A stretch of DNA of 64,000 bases from a virus (lineage: Duplodnaviria > Caudoviricetes). This document shows positions 8,791-17,929 of the stretch, in pieces. Position 1 is the first letter of the stretch. The number at the start of each line of letters is the position of its first letter. The position numbers were made by a program, and so were the translations under genes. The notes beneath the pieces were generated by a model, which saw only the letters and a list, made by a program, of their open reading frames with translations, was not told where the DNA came from and searched no databases. The stretch lies in the IMG/VR virus record IMGVR_UViG_2895476258_000013, positions 11,634 to 75,633 of that record; one strand, written 5' to 3'.

Positions 8791-9318
8791 GTGACCATGA
8801 CCGCCACCCGTAGCAGCCTGACCGGCCACACCCTCACCGTCGAGCGGATCCTCGACGTCCCCGAACTGGAGGGCACCCGGCTCCGCGAGCGCGCCGAGTC
8901 CAACACGTTCGACGCCCCCGTCTGGGTGTTCGTGGAGCGCCGCGACGGCGCGTTCGTCTGCGACCACGGCACCAACGACCGCCGCGACCTGAACCCGAAC
9001 AACCACGTGTGGGACAACGCCCGATTCCTCGCCGAGCGCCTGTCGGGGCGGGCGGGCGAGCATGAGGACCTGCGCTACGTCGGCCCTGGCCGTGACGGCG
9101 ACTGGCAGGCCGCCTACGTCCGCGAGGGCTGGCACGTCCGCCTCACCCCGCGCGGCGAGTGGCTGCGCGTCGTCGAGGTCGTCCAGCACGTCAACCTGGC
9201 GACGCTGCGCCGCACCGGCCAGGTCCGCTACCGGACCGTGACCCTCGTGCTGGAGGACGGCAGGACCGTCGTCCGCAAGAACGCCGCCTACCTGACCGCC
9301 CGCCCCACCTGCCGCTGA
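8791..9318 (+). CDS. Hypothetical phage protein
   Basis: RBS GAAGGAG before GTG 8791; very high GC3. Confidence 0.75.
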   Translation: MTMTATRSSLTGHTLTVERILDVPELEGTRLRERAESNTFDAPVWVFVERRDGAFVCDHGTNDRRDLNPNNHVWDNARFLAERLSGRAGEHEDLRYVGPGRDGDWQAAYVREGWHVRLTPRGEWLRVVEVVQHVNLATLRRTGQVRYRTVTLVLEDGRTVVRKNAAYLTARPTCR

Positions 9319-9387
9319 CCTTCCTCCGTCCCCGGGAGAGACACCTCCCGGGGCATCCCAACCCCCTCGACGACCAAGGAGCCCAGC

Positions 9388-9963
9388 GTGACCCTCACCA
9401 CCGACGTCTACGTGTTAGACGAGATCGCGCACAAGGACGTGTTCCTCAAGTGCAACCAACTCGTTGGCGCGACGGAGGCGACCCGCTTCCGCGACGAGCA
9501 GCTCACCTCCTGGCGTAAGGGCGCCCGCACCCCGGACCCCGGCAAGCCGTGGAACATCGGCAACCAGGTCGATCAGGGCCTGTGTGCCCTGCTGGACATC
9601 TACTACCGGCCAGGTGGGCCACTCAGAGCCGAGGACAACGGCTGTGAGTGGTACTGCGACTCGGGCTGCGACAACGGCGAGCACGAGAACCCTGCCTGCT
9701 GGCTGGAAGTGTCGTTCGACACGGCGTACGGCTACCGGGATGAGCAGGGTCGACGCTGTGGCGACCTGCACGCGTCTCTCGTGGCCGACCTTGGTCGTTG
9801 GCTCGACGAGCGTGGCGTGCGCTGGCTCTGGTATGCCGACACCTTGGCGGAGGTCTACTCCGGGTACGAGCCGCTGACCCGCCTGTGTACGGCTGGGGCT
9901 GAGGCTGCTGACTGGTTCCGCACGAGCGTGCTGCCTGCGATCGAGGCCCACGCCCACACCTGA
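9388..9963 (+). CDS. Hypothetical phage protein
   Basis: RBS AAGGAG before GTG. Confidence 0.75.
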   Translation: MTLTTDVYVLDEIAHKDVFLKCNQLVGATEATRFRDEQLTSWRKGARTPDPGKPWNIGNQVDQGLCALLDIYYRPGGPLRAEDNGCEWYCDSGCDNGEHENPACWLEVSFDTAYGYRDEQGRRCGDLHASLVADLGRWLDERGVRWLWYADTLAEVYSGYEPLTRLCTAGAEAADWFRTSVLPAIEAHAHT

Positions 9964-10022
9964 TCTTGTGGTCCGGTCTTCCCTGCCGGGCCACCCACCT
10001 ACCCCCTGAACGGAGAACCGAG

Positions 10023-10229
10023 ATGAGCGACGGAGAGACGATCCAACTCAAGGTCGACCTGAGCATCGGCCTCGCCAACGCCAAGCAGGAAGACGTCATC
10101 GACAGCGGCATCCTCAAAGCCGACTGGGATGCCATGACCGCCGAAAAGCGCGACGAAGCCGCCCGCGAGGTCTGGGAGGAGTGGGCCTGGGAGTACATCG
10201 AAGGCGGCTGGGACGTCGTCGAAGAGTGA
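10023..10229 (+). CDS. Small acidic hypothetical protein
   Basis: RBS GGAG; 19 D/E in 68 aa. Confidence 0.7.
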   Translation: MSDGETIQLKVDLSIGLANAKQEDVIDSGILKADWDAMTAEKRDEAAREVWEEWAWEYIEGGWDVVEE

Positions 10230-10327
10230 CCCGCGCCCGGCCCTCTTCCTCCCGGTACTGGCCGGGACACCGCTTCGGAAGCAGGAGAGGGCGCTACCCA
10301 AGACCCCATCAACGACAAGGACCCGAC

Positions 10328-10456
10328 ATGGACTTGACCACCATGAAGACCGGCGCGCTCATCCTGGCGATAGACGGCCATGACGAGACCGTCTGCGACT
10401 GCGAGCACTGCGCCGAGTGGAACCGGCGACGCTCGCTCGACTCCGAGGAGGGCTGA
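10328..10456 (+). CDS. Small hypothetical protein (CDCEHC motif)
   Basis: RBS AAGGA before ATG 10328. Confidence 0.55.
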   Translation: MDLTTMKTGALILAIDGHDETVCDCEHCAEWNRRRSLDSEEG

Positions 10457-10457
10457 C

Positions 10458-10682
10458 ATGGACAAGCCGCCCACGAACAAGTGGCGGGTCTATGTGGGCC
10501 GCGTAGCCCCGGACCTACACAAGGGCTTCCGTAGCCAGAACAAGGCGTACGAGTACGTCCGGGAGCGGATCTCGCTCGGCCACCGGATCACCGTGCAGTG
10601 CTGGGAGAACGGACACTGGCGACTGTTCGAAGTGCTCAACGAGGAGCAGGCCGCATCCCCAGACTCCGCCGAGGAGGACTAG
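10458..10682 (+). CDS. Hypothetical phage protein
   Basis: RBS GAGGAGG. Confidence 0.65.
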   Translation: MDKPPTNKWRVYVGRVAPDLHKGFRSQNKAYEYVRERISLGHRITVQCWENGHWRLFEVLNEEQAASPDSAEED

Positions 10683-10684
10683 CG

Positions 10685-10990
10685 ATGGCCTCGATCAAGG
10701 TCCGCTTAGCCGTCCGGGATGTGTTCCTCGCACGTCTCGCCGAGGTCGGCAAGCACCGTGACGAACGCTGGGACGAGGTGCCTGGCCTGTACGGCCCCGA
10801 GCCCGGCTGGGTCATCTACGAGGCGGAGCAGATGTTGGCGCTCGTCAACGAGATCCGCTCTGGGGACGGTCTGCCACTGGCGACTCTGGAGCAGGTCCTG
10901 CGGATTGAACGCTCAGCGTCTGGCCACTCTGACTACCCCGACAAGTACGCCCTACGCTGCGCCTTCCTGGCGCTCGGAGAGGAGGACTGA
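10685..10990 (+). CDS. Hypothetical phage protein
   Basis: RBS GAGGAGG, tightly packed. Confidence 0.65.
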   Translation: MASIKVRLAVRDVFLARLAEVGKHRDERWDEVPGLYGPEPGWVIYEAEQMLALVNEIRSGDGLPLATLEQVLRIERSASGHSDYPDKYALRCAFLALGEED

Positions 10991-10993
10991 CCC

Positions 10994-11335
10994 ATGGCTG
11001 ACATCGACCGCGAGCAGATCGGATGGCAGTTACGTGCCGTCCGCCTGATCGAGAAGCTCCTCCTAGCCCAACTCAAAGACGCCTCCCTGCCGGTGCTGCG
11101 GTGGACGCTGGACTCGGCAGGGTGCGGCATCGTCGCCGAACCTGGAGCAACCGGCAGGGACGCCCGCGAGCATGCGGTACGAGCGTGGGCCGACCACCTG
11201 AACCTGCCCGTCAAGGAGGGCCGGCCAGCCGAAGGCGTCACCAATCTGGTAGCTCACGGCCCTGTGGGAGACGTGTACCGGGTCGTCATCCACACCACCC
11301 TGTACGACGACGAGGAGGAGGGCGAGCGTGGCTAA
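10994..11335 (+). CDS. Hypothetical phage protein
   Basis: RBS GAGGAGG. Confidence 0.65.
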   Translation: MADIDREQIGWQLRAVRLIEKLLLAQLKDASLPVLRWTLDSAGCGIVAEPGATGRDAREHAVRAWADHLNLPVKEGRPAEGVTNLVAHGPVGDVYRVVIHTTLYDDEEEGERG

Positions 11336-11666
11336 GATCCCGGCGCAGGCTGTGCAAGCAGCGGCCGAGGCGCTCGCGGCGCACTTCAATCCAACCTGCG
11401 CGAAGTCGTGGGAGGCGGAGACCCGGGCTGATTTGGCCGAGTCTTGGGAGACGGAAGCCCGCGTCGCACTGATGGCCGCGCTGCCGCACCTCCAGCCCGT
11501 CCGCAAGCCGCGCATGGCCTGTCCCGTCTGCCGTAAGGACGTAGTCCGCCGCGACGACGGCAAGCCGATCACCCACTACGCGAAGAACAACAACCCGAAG
11601 TTCACCTGCAAGGGCGACATGTTCAGCCACTGCCGAGGAGGGTGCAGATGCGCGAAGCACCGCTGA
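11328..11666 (+). CDS. Hypothetical protein with C-terminal Cys/His motifs
   Basis: CPVC...H...C; overlap with upstream gene. Confidence 0.6.
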   Translation: MAKIPAQAVQAAAEALAAHFNPTCAKSWEAETRADLAESWETEARVALMAALPHLQPVRKPRMACPVCRKDVVRRDDGKPITHYAKNNNPKFTCKGDMFSHCRGGCRCAKHR

Positions 11667-11815
11667 TCTCAGAGAAGACACAGAACCCGACGACGTACAT
11701 CCATTTCATCCTCGCCTGCGCTGTCCCTGACCCGTCGAGGCATGACGGTATCTGCGGGGAGTTCATCGAGTCCGAAGATTGCGTCTATCACGGAACGAGC
11801 GCAGCCGATGCCTGA
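11648..11815 (+). CDS. Small hypothetical protein (not in ORF track)
   Basis: MREAPLISEKTQ...AADA*, RBS GAGGAGG, ATGCCTGA overlap with next gene. Confidence 0.45.
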   Translation: MREAPLISEKTQNPTTYIHFILACAVPDPSRHDGICGEFIESEDCVYHGTSAADA

Positions 11816-12029
11816 CCCCATCCCGGCAGAAGCCGCCCCGCTCACCTGCCAGTGGTGCCGCAACAGGCCTGCCGCTCAACTGATCGTCGTCGATTGGTCA
11901 GCAATCGGGCGGCACACCTCGCTCGTCTGTGACCCGTGCGGAGATGAGCGTGTGCCCGGCACGCGCCAGATCGATGCGATGGTGTGGCGCTACCGCCTCG
12001 CTCCGATCAAGGAGTCCGCCGATGCCTGA
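11808..12029 (+). CDS. Hypothetical zinc-finger-like protein
   Basis: CQWC...CDPC. Confidence 0.6.
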   Translation: MPDPIPAEAAPLTCQWCRNRPAAQLIVVDWSAIGRHTSLVCDPCGDERVPGTRQIDAMVWRYRLAPIKESADA

Positions 12030-12363
12030 CCTTCCCGAGGAAGCCGTACAAGCCGCAGCCGACGACTTGGAGGAGGCGTTCAAGAACACCCCGTACCGGT
12101 TCTGGACGTGCATCAACAAGACGCACAAGTACGTCACCTGGACTGGCGACGTAGCGTCCTGCGACACATGCGGGCTCACGTCGGAGATGACCGGAAAGCG
12201 GGATGTGCTGGTCCGTGCCGACGAACGCCGCAAGACCGCCGAGGAGATCGCCGCCGCGATCGAGGCTCGCCGCTGCCCTATGGACCGGAAGTTCTGCACC
12301 GACTGCGTGTGCCGTCCTGAGGACGCTGCTCTCGCCCGCCAGCTAGGAGAAGCCCGTGCCTGA
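12022..12363 (+). CDS. Hypothetical phage protein
   Basis: RBS AAGGAG; CxxC motifs. Confidence 0.65.
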   Translation: MPDLPEEAVQAAADDLEEAFKNTPYRFWTCINKTHKYVTWTGDVASCDTCGLTSEMTGKRDVLVRADERRKTAEEIAAAIEARRCPMDRKFCTDCVCRPEDAALARQLGEARA

Positions 12364-12739
12364 CTACGAGTCCGCTATGAGGAGGCTCGCCAAACTCTGC
12401 CAAGCGAACCCGTACCACCGGGTGTACGAGTGGCGGCAGATCCTCGACAAGATCTGGCGGGAAGGGTTCGACGCCGGATACACCGCAGGCCGCAGGGACG
12501 CGGAGATCTCCGAGCAGATGGCCGAGCAGGAGAAGGACCTCGCGGCGCCGCCCGAGGAGGTCGCCGATGCTGAGCGGACCCGGATCGCCGCCGTCTTCGG
12601 CGACATGGTGGTCATCCGTGAGCAGAGGAGACGCTTCGAGGACCGCCACGCGCAACACCTGAGCAACGGCGTCACGGTCCACGGCCTGCTGTCTGCCGTC
12701 GTTGACGAGATCAAGGGGATGGCCCGTGACTCCCGCTGA
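12356..12739 (+). CDS. Hypothetical phage protein
   Basis: Coupled overlap, RBS AGGAG. Confidence 0.6.
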   Translation: MPDYESAMRRLAKLCQANPYHRVYEWRQILDKIWREGFDAGYTAGRRDAEISEQMAEQEKDLAAPPEEVADAERTRIAAVFGDMVVIREQRRRFEDRHAQHLSNGVTVHGLLSAVVDEIKGMARDSR

Positions 12740-13028
12740 GGTGCTCGCCAAGGCTCGTCTAGCCGCTCACGAGTCCCGATGGGGTGAGGGATCGGGCAGC
12801 TTGGACACGTTCCGGGAGCAGGCCGCCCGGGATGTCGCTGCTCTCGCCGAACAGGGACAGGTCATCGTCTCAGCTGAGGACGTGCAGCTTCTGGAACGGG
12901 ACGTACGCCGCCTCCTGTCCATCAATCGACGCTTGGAGGTGCGCCTGGCCTCGGCGCGCAACCTGTGCGCTCGGTCCCCGCTCTGCGTCCCCGCCGCCCT
13001 TCCCGAGGAGACCACCGATGAGCACTGA
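12726..13028 (+). CDS. Hypothetical phage protein (coiled coil)
   Basis: GTG start overlapping upstream gene. Confidence 0.55.
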   Translation: MTPAEVLAKARLAAHESRWGEGSGSLDTFREQAARDVAALAEQGQVIVSAEDVQLLERDVRRLLSINRRLEVRLASARNLCARSPLCVPAALPEETTDEH

Positions 13029-13299
13029 GCCCGCCGCCGTTTACATCGCTGAAGTGATCTGGTTCAGCGAGAACCCTGTAGATGGACGCAAGCGCATCGC
13101 AGTGGGTGCCAGCCTAGAAGCGGCCCTGAACGCCCTCCGTAGCGACGACATCCATGGTGGCGACCTGGTTGCCACGGAGACCACGAGCGCTCTCGGCACC
13201 GACGACGCGCGCACCTGGGCGGTGCACGAGCGAGGCGAAGAGCCTTCCGACGAGGGCTGCCTGTGGATCACCAGCGAGCAGGTGCGCCATGCCGGATGA
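13018..13299 (+). CDS. Hypothetical phage protein
   Basis: RBS GAGGAG. Confidence 0.6.
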   Translation: MSTEPAAVYIAEVIWFSENPVDGRKRIAVGASLEAALNALRSDDIHGGDLVATETTSALGTDDARTWAVHERGEEPSDEGCLWITSEQVRHAG

Positions 13300-13777
13300 C
13301 CTCCGCCACTACTACACCTTCGAGGGCTCTCACTGCGGCACCTGCTGCATGCCTCGCAGTACGCCTGTTACGGAATGCGATGAGCACGACGCGCTGGCCT
13401 CAGCGACTGCCGAGCGCGACCGCGAGCAGCAGCGTCTCGCCTACAACGCCGCCAACGCCATGGCAGGCGTCCACAAGCTCCACGCCGACCGGCTGAAGGC
13501 CGAGCTGGAGCACGCGAAAGGCGCCCTCGCAGGCGACAGCGAGGCCATGGCAGCGTTCATGGCCGACCACGCCAAGGTGGTGGAACGCCTCCGCGAACGG
13601 AACAGCATGTCCCAGCGAGCGGTCGATAGGGCAGAAGCGGCTATAGATCGGGTCCACGCCCTAGCGGAGCGCTTGGGCCGTGAACCGCACCCCACCCACG
13701 ACCACCTCTGTCCTGACGACCTTCGCCGGGAGCTCCTCGCCGCTCTCGACGACTCCCAGGAGGCCGACCGTGGATGA
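13289..13777 (+). CDS. Hypothetical coiled-coil phage protein
   Basis: Overlap with upstream gene; heptad-rich. Confidence 0.6.
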   Translation: MPDDLRHYYTFEGSHCGTCCMPRSTPVTECDEHDALASATAERDREQQRLAYNAANAMAGVHKLHADRLKAELEHAKGALAGDSEAMAAFMADHAKVVERLRERNSMSQRAVDRAEAAIDRVHALAERLGREPHPTHDHLCPDDLRRELLAALDDSQEADRG

Positions 13778-14057
13778 GGGAATCCTCGTCATCGACCTCG
13801 ACGCCCATTTCGCCGGCTACGAGAGCGTCAATGAGTGGTATTTCGGCGAGCGAGACGATCACATCTACAGGACATGCCCCGCATTGACCCGGTCCCGGCC
13901 GCCGATCAATCGCGGGCAGGGCAGGCTGTACCCGGAGGCTGGCGATGTGTGCGGCTGGTGCGTCCGAGTGTGGAGAGCGCGCAAGGCCAAGAGCGACTCC
14001 CAGAGCCCTACCTTGGAGCCTGAGGTGTCAGCCCTATCAGAGCAGGAGACAGGGTGA
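13770..14057 (+). CDS. Hypothetical phage protein
   Basis: RBS AGGAGG; CGWC motif. Confidence 0.6.
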   Translation: MDEGILVIDLDAHFAGYESVNEWYFGERDDHIYRTCPALTRSRPPINRGQGRLYPEAGDVCGWCVRVWRARKAKSDSQSPTLEPEVSALSEQETG

Positions 14058-14314
14058 GAGCGTTCGTCAAGGACTATGCCTGGGGTGAGCCGTACCACAT
14101 CAATGTCGAAGGTGAAGCGGACTTCCACATCGAAGCGGACCAGGCGGTCTATGATCTGCCGCCTGCCCTGGTGGAGCGGTTCCGGGCAGCGCAACGTGAG
14201 ATGCGAGCTGCCGCCGATGCGATCACCGCCCATCTGAAGCGGACAGGACAGCCCAAGCCGTGGGGAATGCCTGAGGACGACTGGGCAGCCCTACCCCAGG
14301 AGGAGACGCAGTGA
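14054..14314 (+). CDS. Hypothetical phage protein
   Basis: GTGA overlap, RBS AGGAG. Confidence 0.65.
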   Translation: MRAFVKDYAWGEPYHINVEGEADFHIEADQAVYDLPPALVERFRAAQREMRAAADAITAHLKRTGQPKPWGMPEDDWAALPQEETQ

Positions 14315-14487
14315 TCACTGTCGAGTTGAGGCTGAAGGACGACGACGACGGCAGCCAGACCCTGAACCACGCTCCCATCAAGTCCTCCAAGGAGACCGAG
14401 GTGGAAGTCGTCGTCTCAGGAGGCGACAGGGACGCGTTCCTGGCCCTGTGCGGGCAGGTGTGGGACCGGCATCACAACCAGATGTGA
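14311..14487 (+). CDS. Small hypothetical protein (not in ORF track)
   Basis: GTGA overlap, RBS AGGAGGAG; 58 aa. Confidence 0.55.
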   Translation: MITVELRLKDDDDGSQTLNHAPIKSSKETEVEVVVSGGDRDAFLALCGQVWDRHHNQM

Positions 14488-14668
14488 CAGCATGTGATCG
14501 GACGAACAGGCGATATCACGCGTTGTGCACGTACCCGCTCGTGGCCGACGTCCATAATGTCCTGAAACGCGAAGAGCGGCCCTCCACCGTCCATGGAGGA
14601 CCGCCCCGGAATCCAACCCTCGACCCGTCACTGGTCTCCCACAGCGTACGACTCTCGGGGGAGACACC

Positions 14669-15424
14669 GTGCCCATCAGCTCCGACTCGTGCAATGGTCC
14701 CTGCAACACAGGCGCGAGGCGCGCTATCGCCGCCTATGAGCAGGCACTGGACGCCCACATCATCGAAGTGGACGCCTGGATCGCCGCCGGCCAGCAGGGC
14801 GAATGCCCGCCCGCTCCCGCAGAACCGGTCATCGAGAGCATTCCGGGAGACCCGTTGTGGTGCTCCCGCTGTAAGTCCCTGGTCCGGGCGGCACTCTTGG
14901 ACCTCGACGTCCTCGCTTCCGAACTCGCAGCTCGGGCCGACGGCCACCGCGGGGTGGTTGCGGAAGGGCGTGTGAGCGGCTCCAAGGGGGCGCCGAGCCC
15001 TTCCCCTATCGGTGACGCCCTCGACAAGTTGTACGGGTTCCTATCCGATCTGGAGGACGAGTGGCGGCAAACCTGCGGGTACGCGCAGCGCGTCAACCGC
15101 ACCCACCGCGGCGCCCACCCGAGATCCCGCACGATCGGCTGGCTGTCGGAGCATCTGGGCAACCTGCTCGCCGATGACGACCACATCAAGTCCGGGCTGG
15201 ACATCCTCCGCTGGGAGATCGTCCTCCGCGCGCTGGCGGACGAGGAGCCGATCGGCAGCGTGTCCCCGATCCGCTGCCCACGCTGCGCCATCTACAAGCA
15301 GGTGATGCGCGAGCAGGAACACCACTGGGCGTGCAAAGCGTGCGGCAGGCTCATCCCGGACTGGGAGGAGCGGGAACTTCGAGACAAGCAAGGGCGCGAA
15401 CTGGATCTCGTGGAGGCGTCCTGA
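14669..15424 (+). CDS. Zinc-ribbon phage protein
   Basis: WCSRC N-terminal and CPRC...CKAC C-terminal motifs, a type common in actinomycete prophages. Confidence 0.7.
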   Translation: MPISSDSCNGPCNTGARRAIAAYEQALDAHIIEVDAWIAAGQQGECPPAPAEPVIESIPGDPLWCSRCKSLVRAALLDLDVLASELAARADGHRGVVAEGRVSGSKGAPSPSPIGDALDKLYGFLSDLEDEWRQTCGYAQRVNRTHRGAHPRSRTIGWLSEHLGNLLADDDHIKSGLDILRWEIVLRALADEEPIGSVSPIRCPRCAIYKQVMREQEHHWACKACGRLIPDWEERELRDKQGRELDLVEAS

Positions 15425-15614
15425 CATGGAACAATGGACGCACTGTGATTTCGTCTCCTCCCCGTCCAACAGTGGCCGGACACGTGACCCAATGCCCCGG
15501 CGGCAACGCCAAAGTAATCCCGTACTTCCTCCCGCTGGACGTGGCCAAGGAATCGATGACCATGACCGTGCAGGAATGGCTACGGCTCACCGTCGATGAG
15601 GAACGCGCATCATC

Positions 15615-16109
15615 ATGAAGAAGATTCCTGGTGGGGGTCCAACGGAATCCAAGCCGCTCACCAGGGCAGAGATCAATCGTCGCTACCGGGAGCGCCACAA
15701 GGAGCGTTTGTGCGAACCGGAACGTCTGCGCGTCCGGGCTTACTACGAGGCGAACCGCGAGGTCCTTCTCGCTCGCGCCAAGGAACGCTATGCGAGCAAT
15801 CCGGAGCGAGGCAGGGAGCGCGCACGGCGGGACTACCAGCGGCTGCGCCAAGAGATGTTCGTGGCCTACGGGGATCGCTGTGCTTGTTGCGGCGAGTCCG
15901 AGCAAGAGTTCTTGTGTCTTGACCATGTGGGCGGCGGCGGCAACGCCGATCGGGCGAGGACGGGTGGCAAAAACTCCGGCGTGCTGCGCCGCTTGAGCAA
16001 GGAGGGGTGGCCGCAGGAGGGATATCGCGTTCTGTGCGCCAACTGCAATACCGCGACCATGCGCGGGCGTGTGTGTCCACATCAGAAGGAGAGTGATGGC
16101 GATGCGTAA
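15615..16109 (+). CDS. HNH endonuclease
   Basis: YGDRCACCGE...LDHVGGGG...YRVLCANCN. Confidence 0.85.
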   Translation: MKKIPGGGPTESKPLTRAEINRRYRERHKERLCEPERLRVRAYYEANREVLLARAKERYASNPERGRERARRDYQRLRQEMFVAYGDRCACCGESEQEFLCLDHVGGGGNADRARTGGKNSGVLRRLSKEGWPQEGYRVLCANCNTATMRGRVCPHQKESDGDA

Positions 16110-16665
16110 GGTGCCCACCATCTTCGTCCGGGACTGGAACAGCAACCCGAAGTACGTCACCGAAGAGCCGAACCCCGAATGCGCCTGGGTGTTCGCGGGG
16201 GAGGGCGTCCCGACGGTCAAGTGGGACGGCACCTGCGTAAAGCTCGACGAAGCAGGCCGCTGGTGGGCGCGCCGAGAGGTGAAGTCCGGCAAGGCTGATC
16301 CTCCTGACTTCGTGCTCATCGAGGAGGACCTGGAGACGGGCAAGCGGATGGGCTGGGAACCGGTCGAGCGGTCCGGGTTCGCCAAGTACCACGCCGAAGC
16401 GCTCCAGACGACGTTGCGACCGGGCACGTACGAGCTGCTGGGCCCGAAGATCAACGGCAACCCGGACGGGTTCGAGGCGCACGTCCTGATGGAGCACGGC
16501 TGGGCGCCGCTCCGCATCCGCGAGGACGTCAAGTCCGCGCCGCGCGACTACGACGGGCTGCGGGAGTGGCTGCATGCCCGGCCGTACGAGGGCATCGTCT
16601 GGCACGGGCCGGATGGACGCATGGCCAAGATCAAAGCTCGGGACTTCCCTCAGGAGACGTCGTGA
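16096..16665 (+). CDS. RNA ligase-like nucleotidyltransferase (DUF5565/RLIG1-like)
   Basis: KWDGT motif I, GTYELLGPKINGNP, EGIVW motif IV, MAKIK motif V. Confidence 0.78.
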   Translation: MAMRKVPTIFVRDWNSNPKYVTEEPNPECAWVFAGEGVPTVKWDGTCVKLDEAGRWWARREVKSGKADPPDFVLIEEDLETGKRMGWEPVERSGFAKYHAEALQTTLRPGTYELLGPKINGNPDGFEAHVLMEHGWAPLRIREDVKSAPRDYDGLREWLHARPYEGIVWHGPDGRMAKIKARDFPQETS

Positions 16666-16835
16666 TCACCCGCACAGTCAAAGCCGAAGCAGCCGACCCC
16701 AAGCACGGCATGACTCTGGACGAACTCGCCGCCTACGTGGAGGAAGCCCGCTGCGCCGAAGTGCCAGGCGGAGCACACATCCACGTGCGGGTGAACGTGC
16801 GAGGCGGCATCAAGAGGGTGGAGACCAAGCCGTAG
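16662..16835 (+). CDS. Small hypothetical protein
   Basis: GTGA overlap, RBS AGGAG. Confidence 0.6.
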   Translation: MITRTVKAEAADPKHGMTLDELAAYVEEARCAEVPGGAHIHVRVNVRGGIKRVETKP

Positions 16836-16973
16836 GCCGTAACTGTCGGCTGCCCGTGACACGATCCGGGCGCGTCGAATTGGCTTTCGGGCCTCTGACC
16901 TGTTATAAATCGAGTTGATCGTGCACCATCAGGCCCTCAGGCGGACGCCCGGGGGCTTTCTGCTTGTCTGGGG

Positions 16974-17228
16974 GTGGCCGAAGTGCAGGCCGCTTACGAC
17001 CCGGTCACCATCGCTGTGGCAGCCGAACGACTGGAAGTACCACAGCCCACACTCAGGGTGTGGGCATCACGCCACAACGCCCGCAAGCTGGCCAGAACCG
17101 GCAAAACGGTCTGGTACGACTACAACGACCTGGCCACGATCGAGGCGCACCTCCATCTGGGCAAGCGGGTCCCCATCACACCCGAGCTGAGAGACGCCTA
17201 CCGCGCCCAGCTCCGCGCCGCCGCATAG
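16974..17228 (+). CDS. HTH DNA-binding protein (candidate late regulator)
   Basis: VTIAVAAERLEVPQPTLRVWASR...KLARTGKTVWYD MerR/excisionase-like HTH. Confidence 0.7.
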   Translation: MAEVQAAYDPVTIAVAAERLEVPQPTLRVWASRHNARKLARTGKTVWYDYNDLATIEAHLHLGKRVPITPELRDAYRAQLRAAA

Positions 17229-17264
17229 CGGCCCACGAACGCTCTCTGGTGCCGGTGGAGAGCC

Positions 17265-17435
17265 GGGCTCCGCTGCTTCCGCCCCCGTGGATGCCGAGTG
17301 GAGCCCACCGGGTGGCGGTCTGTTCTGCTCTCGCGTGATCTGAGGGGGTCCGCGAGACCTCGGGGTCCAGACCGCCACCCCCCTTGCTCCGGGCGGATGG
17401 TTTCAGCCGCACGCCGCAACGCTTGCCATCCGCCC
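17265..17435 (+). other. Multi-hairpin structured leader upstream of late operon (possible ncRNA)
   Basis: IRs 17265-71/17300-06, 17310-22/17368-80 (nested 17329-35/17351-57), 17391-400/17426-35. Confidence 0.5.
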
Positions 17436-17518
17436 AGTACTACACGTGACGGCTCCATCCGTACATTCTCGCGACGCGCACACGCTTTGTCCGCTGAGAC
17501 GCTCTCCCGGAGGTCAGC

Positions 17519-17926
17519 ATGACGCTTCGCGTCTCGAACGCCGCCCGGTCCGCCGCTGCGGACGCGGTTCGTCTCCTCATTGATGCGGGAGCAGGAGCTG
17601 GGAAAATCCGCGTCTACAACGGTTCTCAACCCGCTGGCCCGGACACGGCTCTGTCCGGTCAGACCCTGCTCGCCGAGTTCACCCTCGCGGACCCCAGCTT
17701 TGGCGCAGCCAGCAACGGCGTGACGACGCTACTGGGCACACCCCGGACGACGACCGGTGTCGCAGCAGGTACCGCCTCATGGTTCCGGGCGCTCGACAGC
17801 AACAACGTGGCCATACTGGACGGCGCGGTCAGCACCTCGAGTGCGGAGTTGAATCTCAACACGACCACGATCTCGATCGGAGTCAACGTCGAGATCACGG
17901 CTGGCACCATCACCATGCCGGCATAA
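17519..17926 (+). CDS. Virion-associated beta-rich protein (putative)
   Basis: RBS GGAGG; G/A/T/S-rich; resembles widespread phage structural protein type. Confidence 0.6.
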   Translation: MTLRVSNAARSAAADAVRLLIDAGAGAGKIRVYNGSQPAGPDTALSGQTLLAEFTLADPSFGAASNGVTTLLGTPRTTTGVAAGTASWFRALDSNNVAILDGAVSTSSAELNLNTTTISIGVNVEITAGTITMPA

Positions 17927-17929
17927 CCC

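Noticed and set aside
17229-17518. tRNA gene in the structured intergenic region
   Set aside because: No cloverleaf, T-loop GTTCRA or CCA arrangement recognisable
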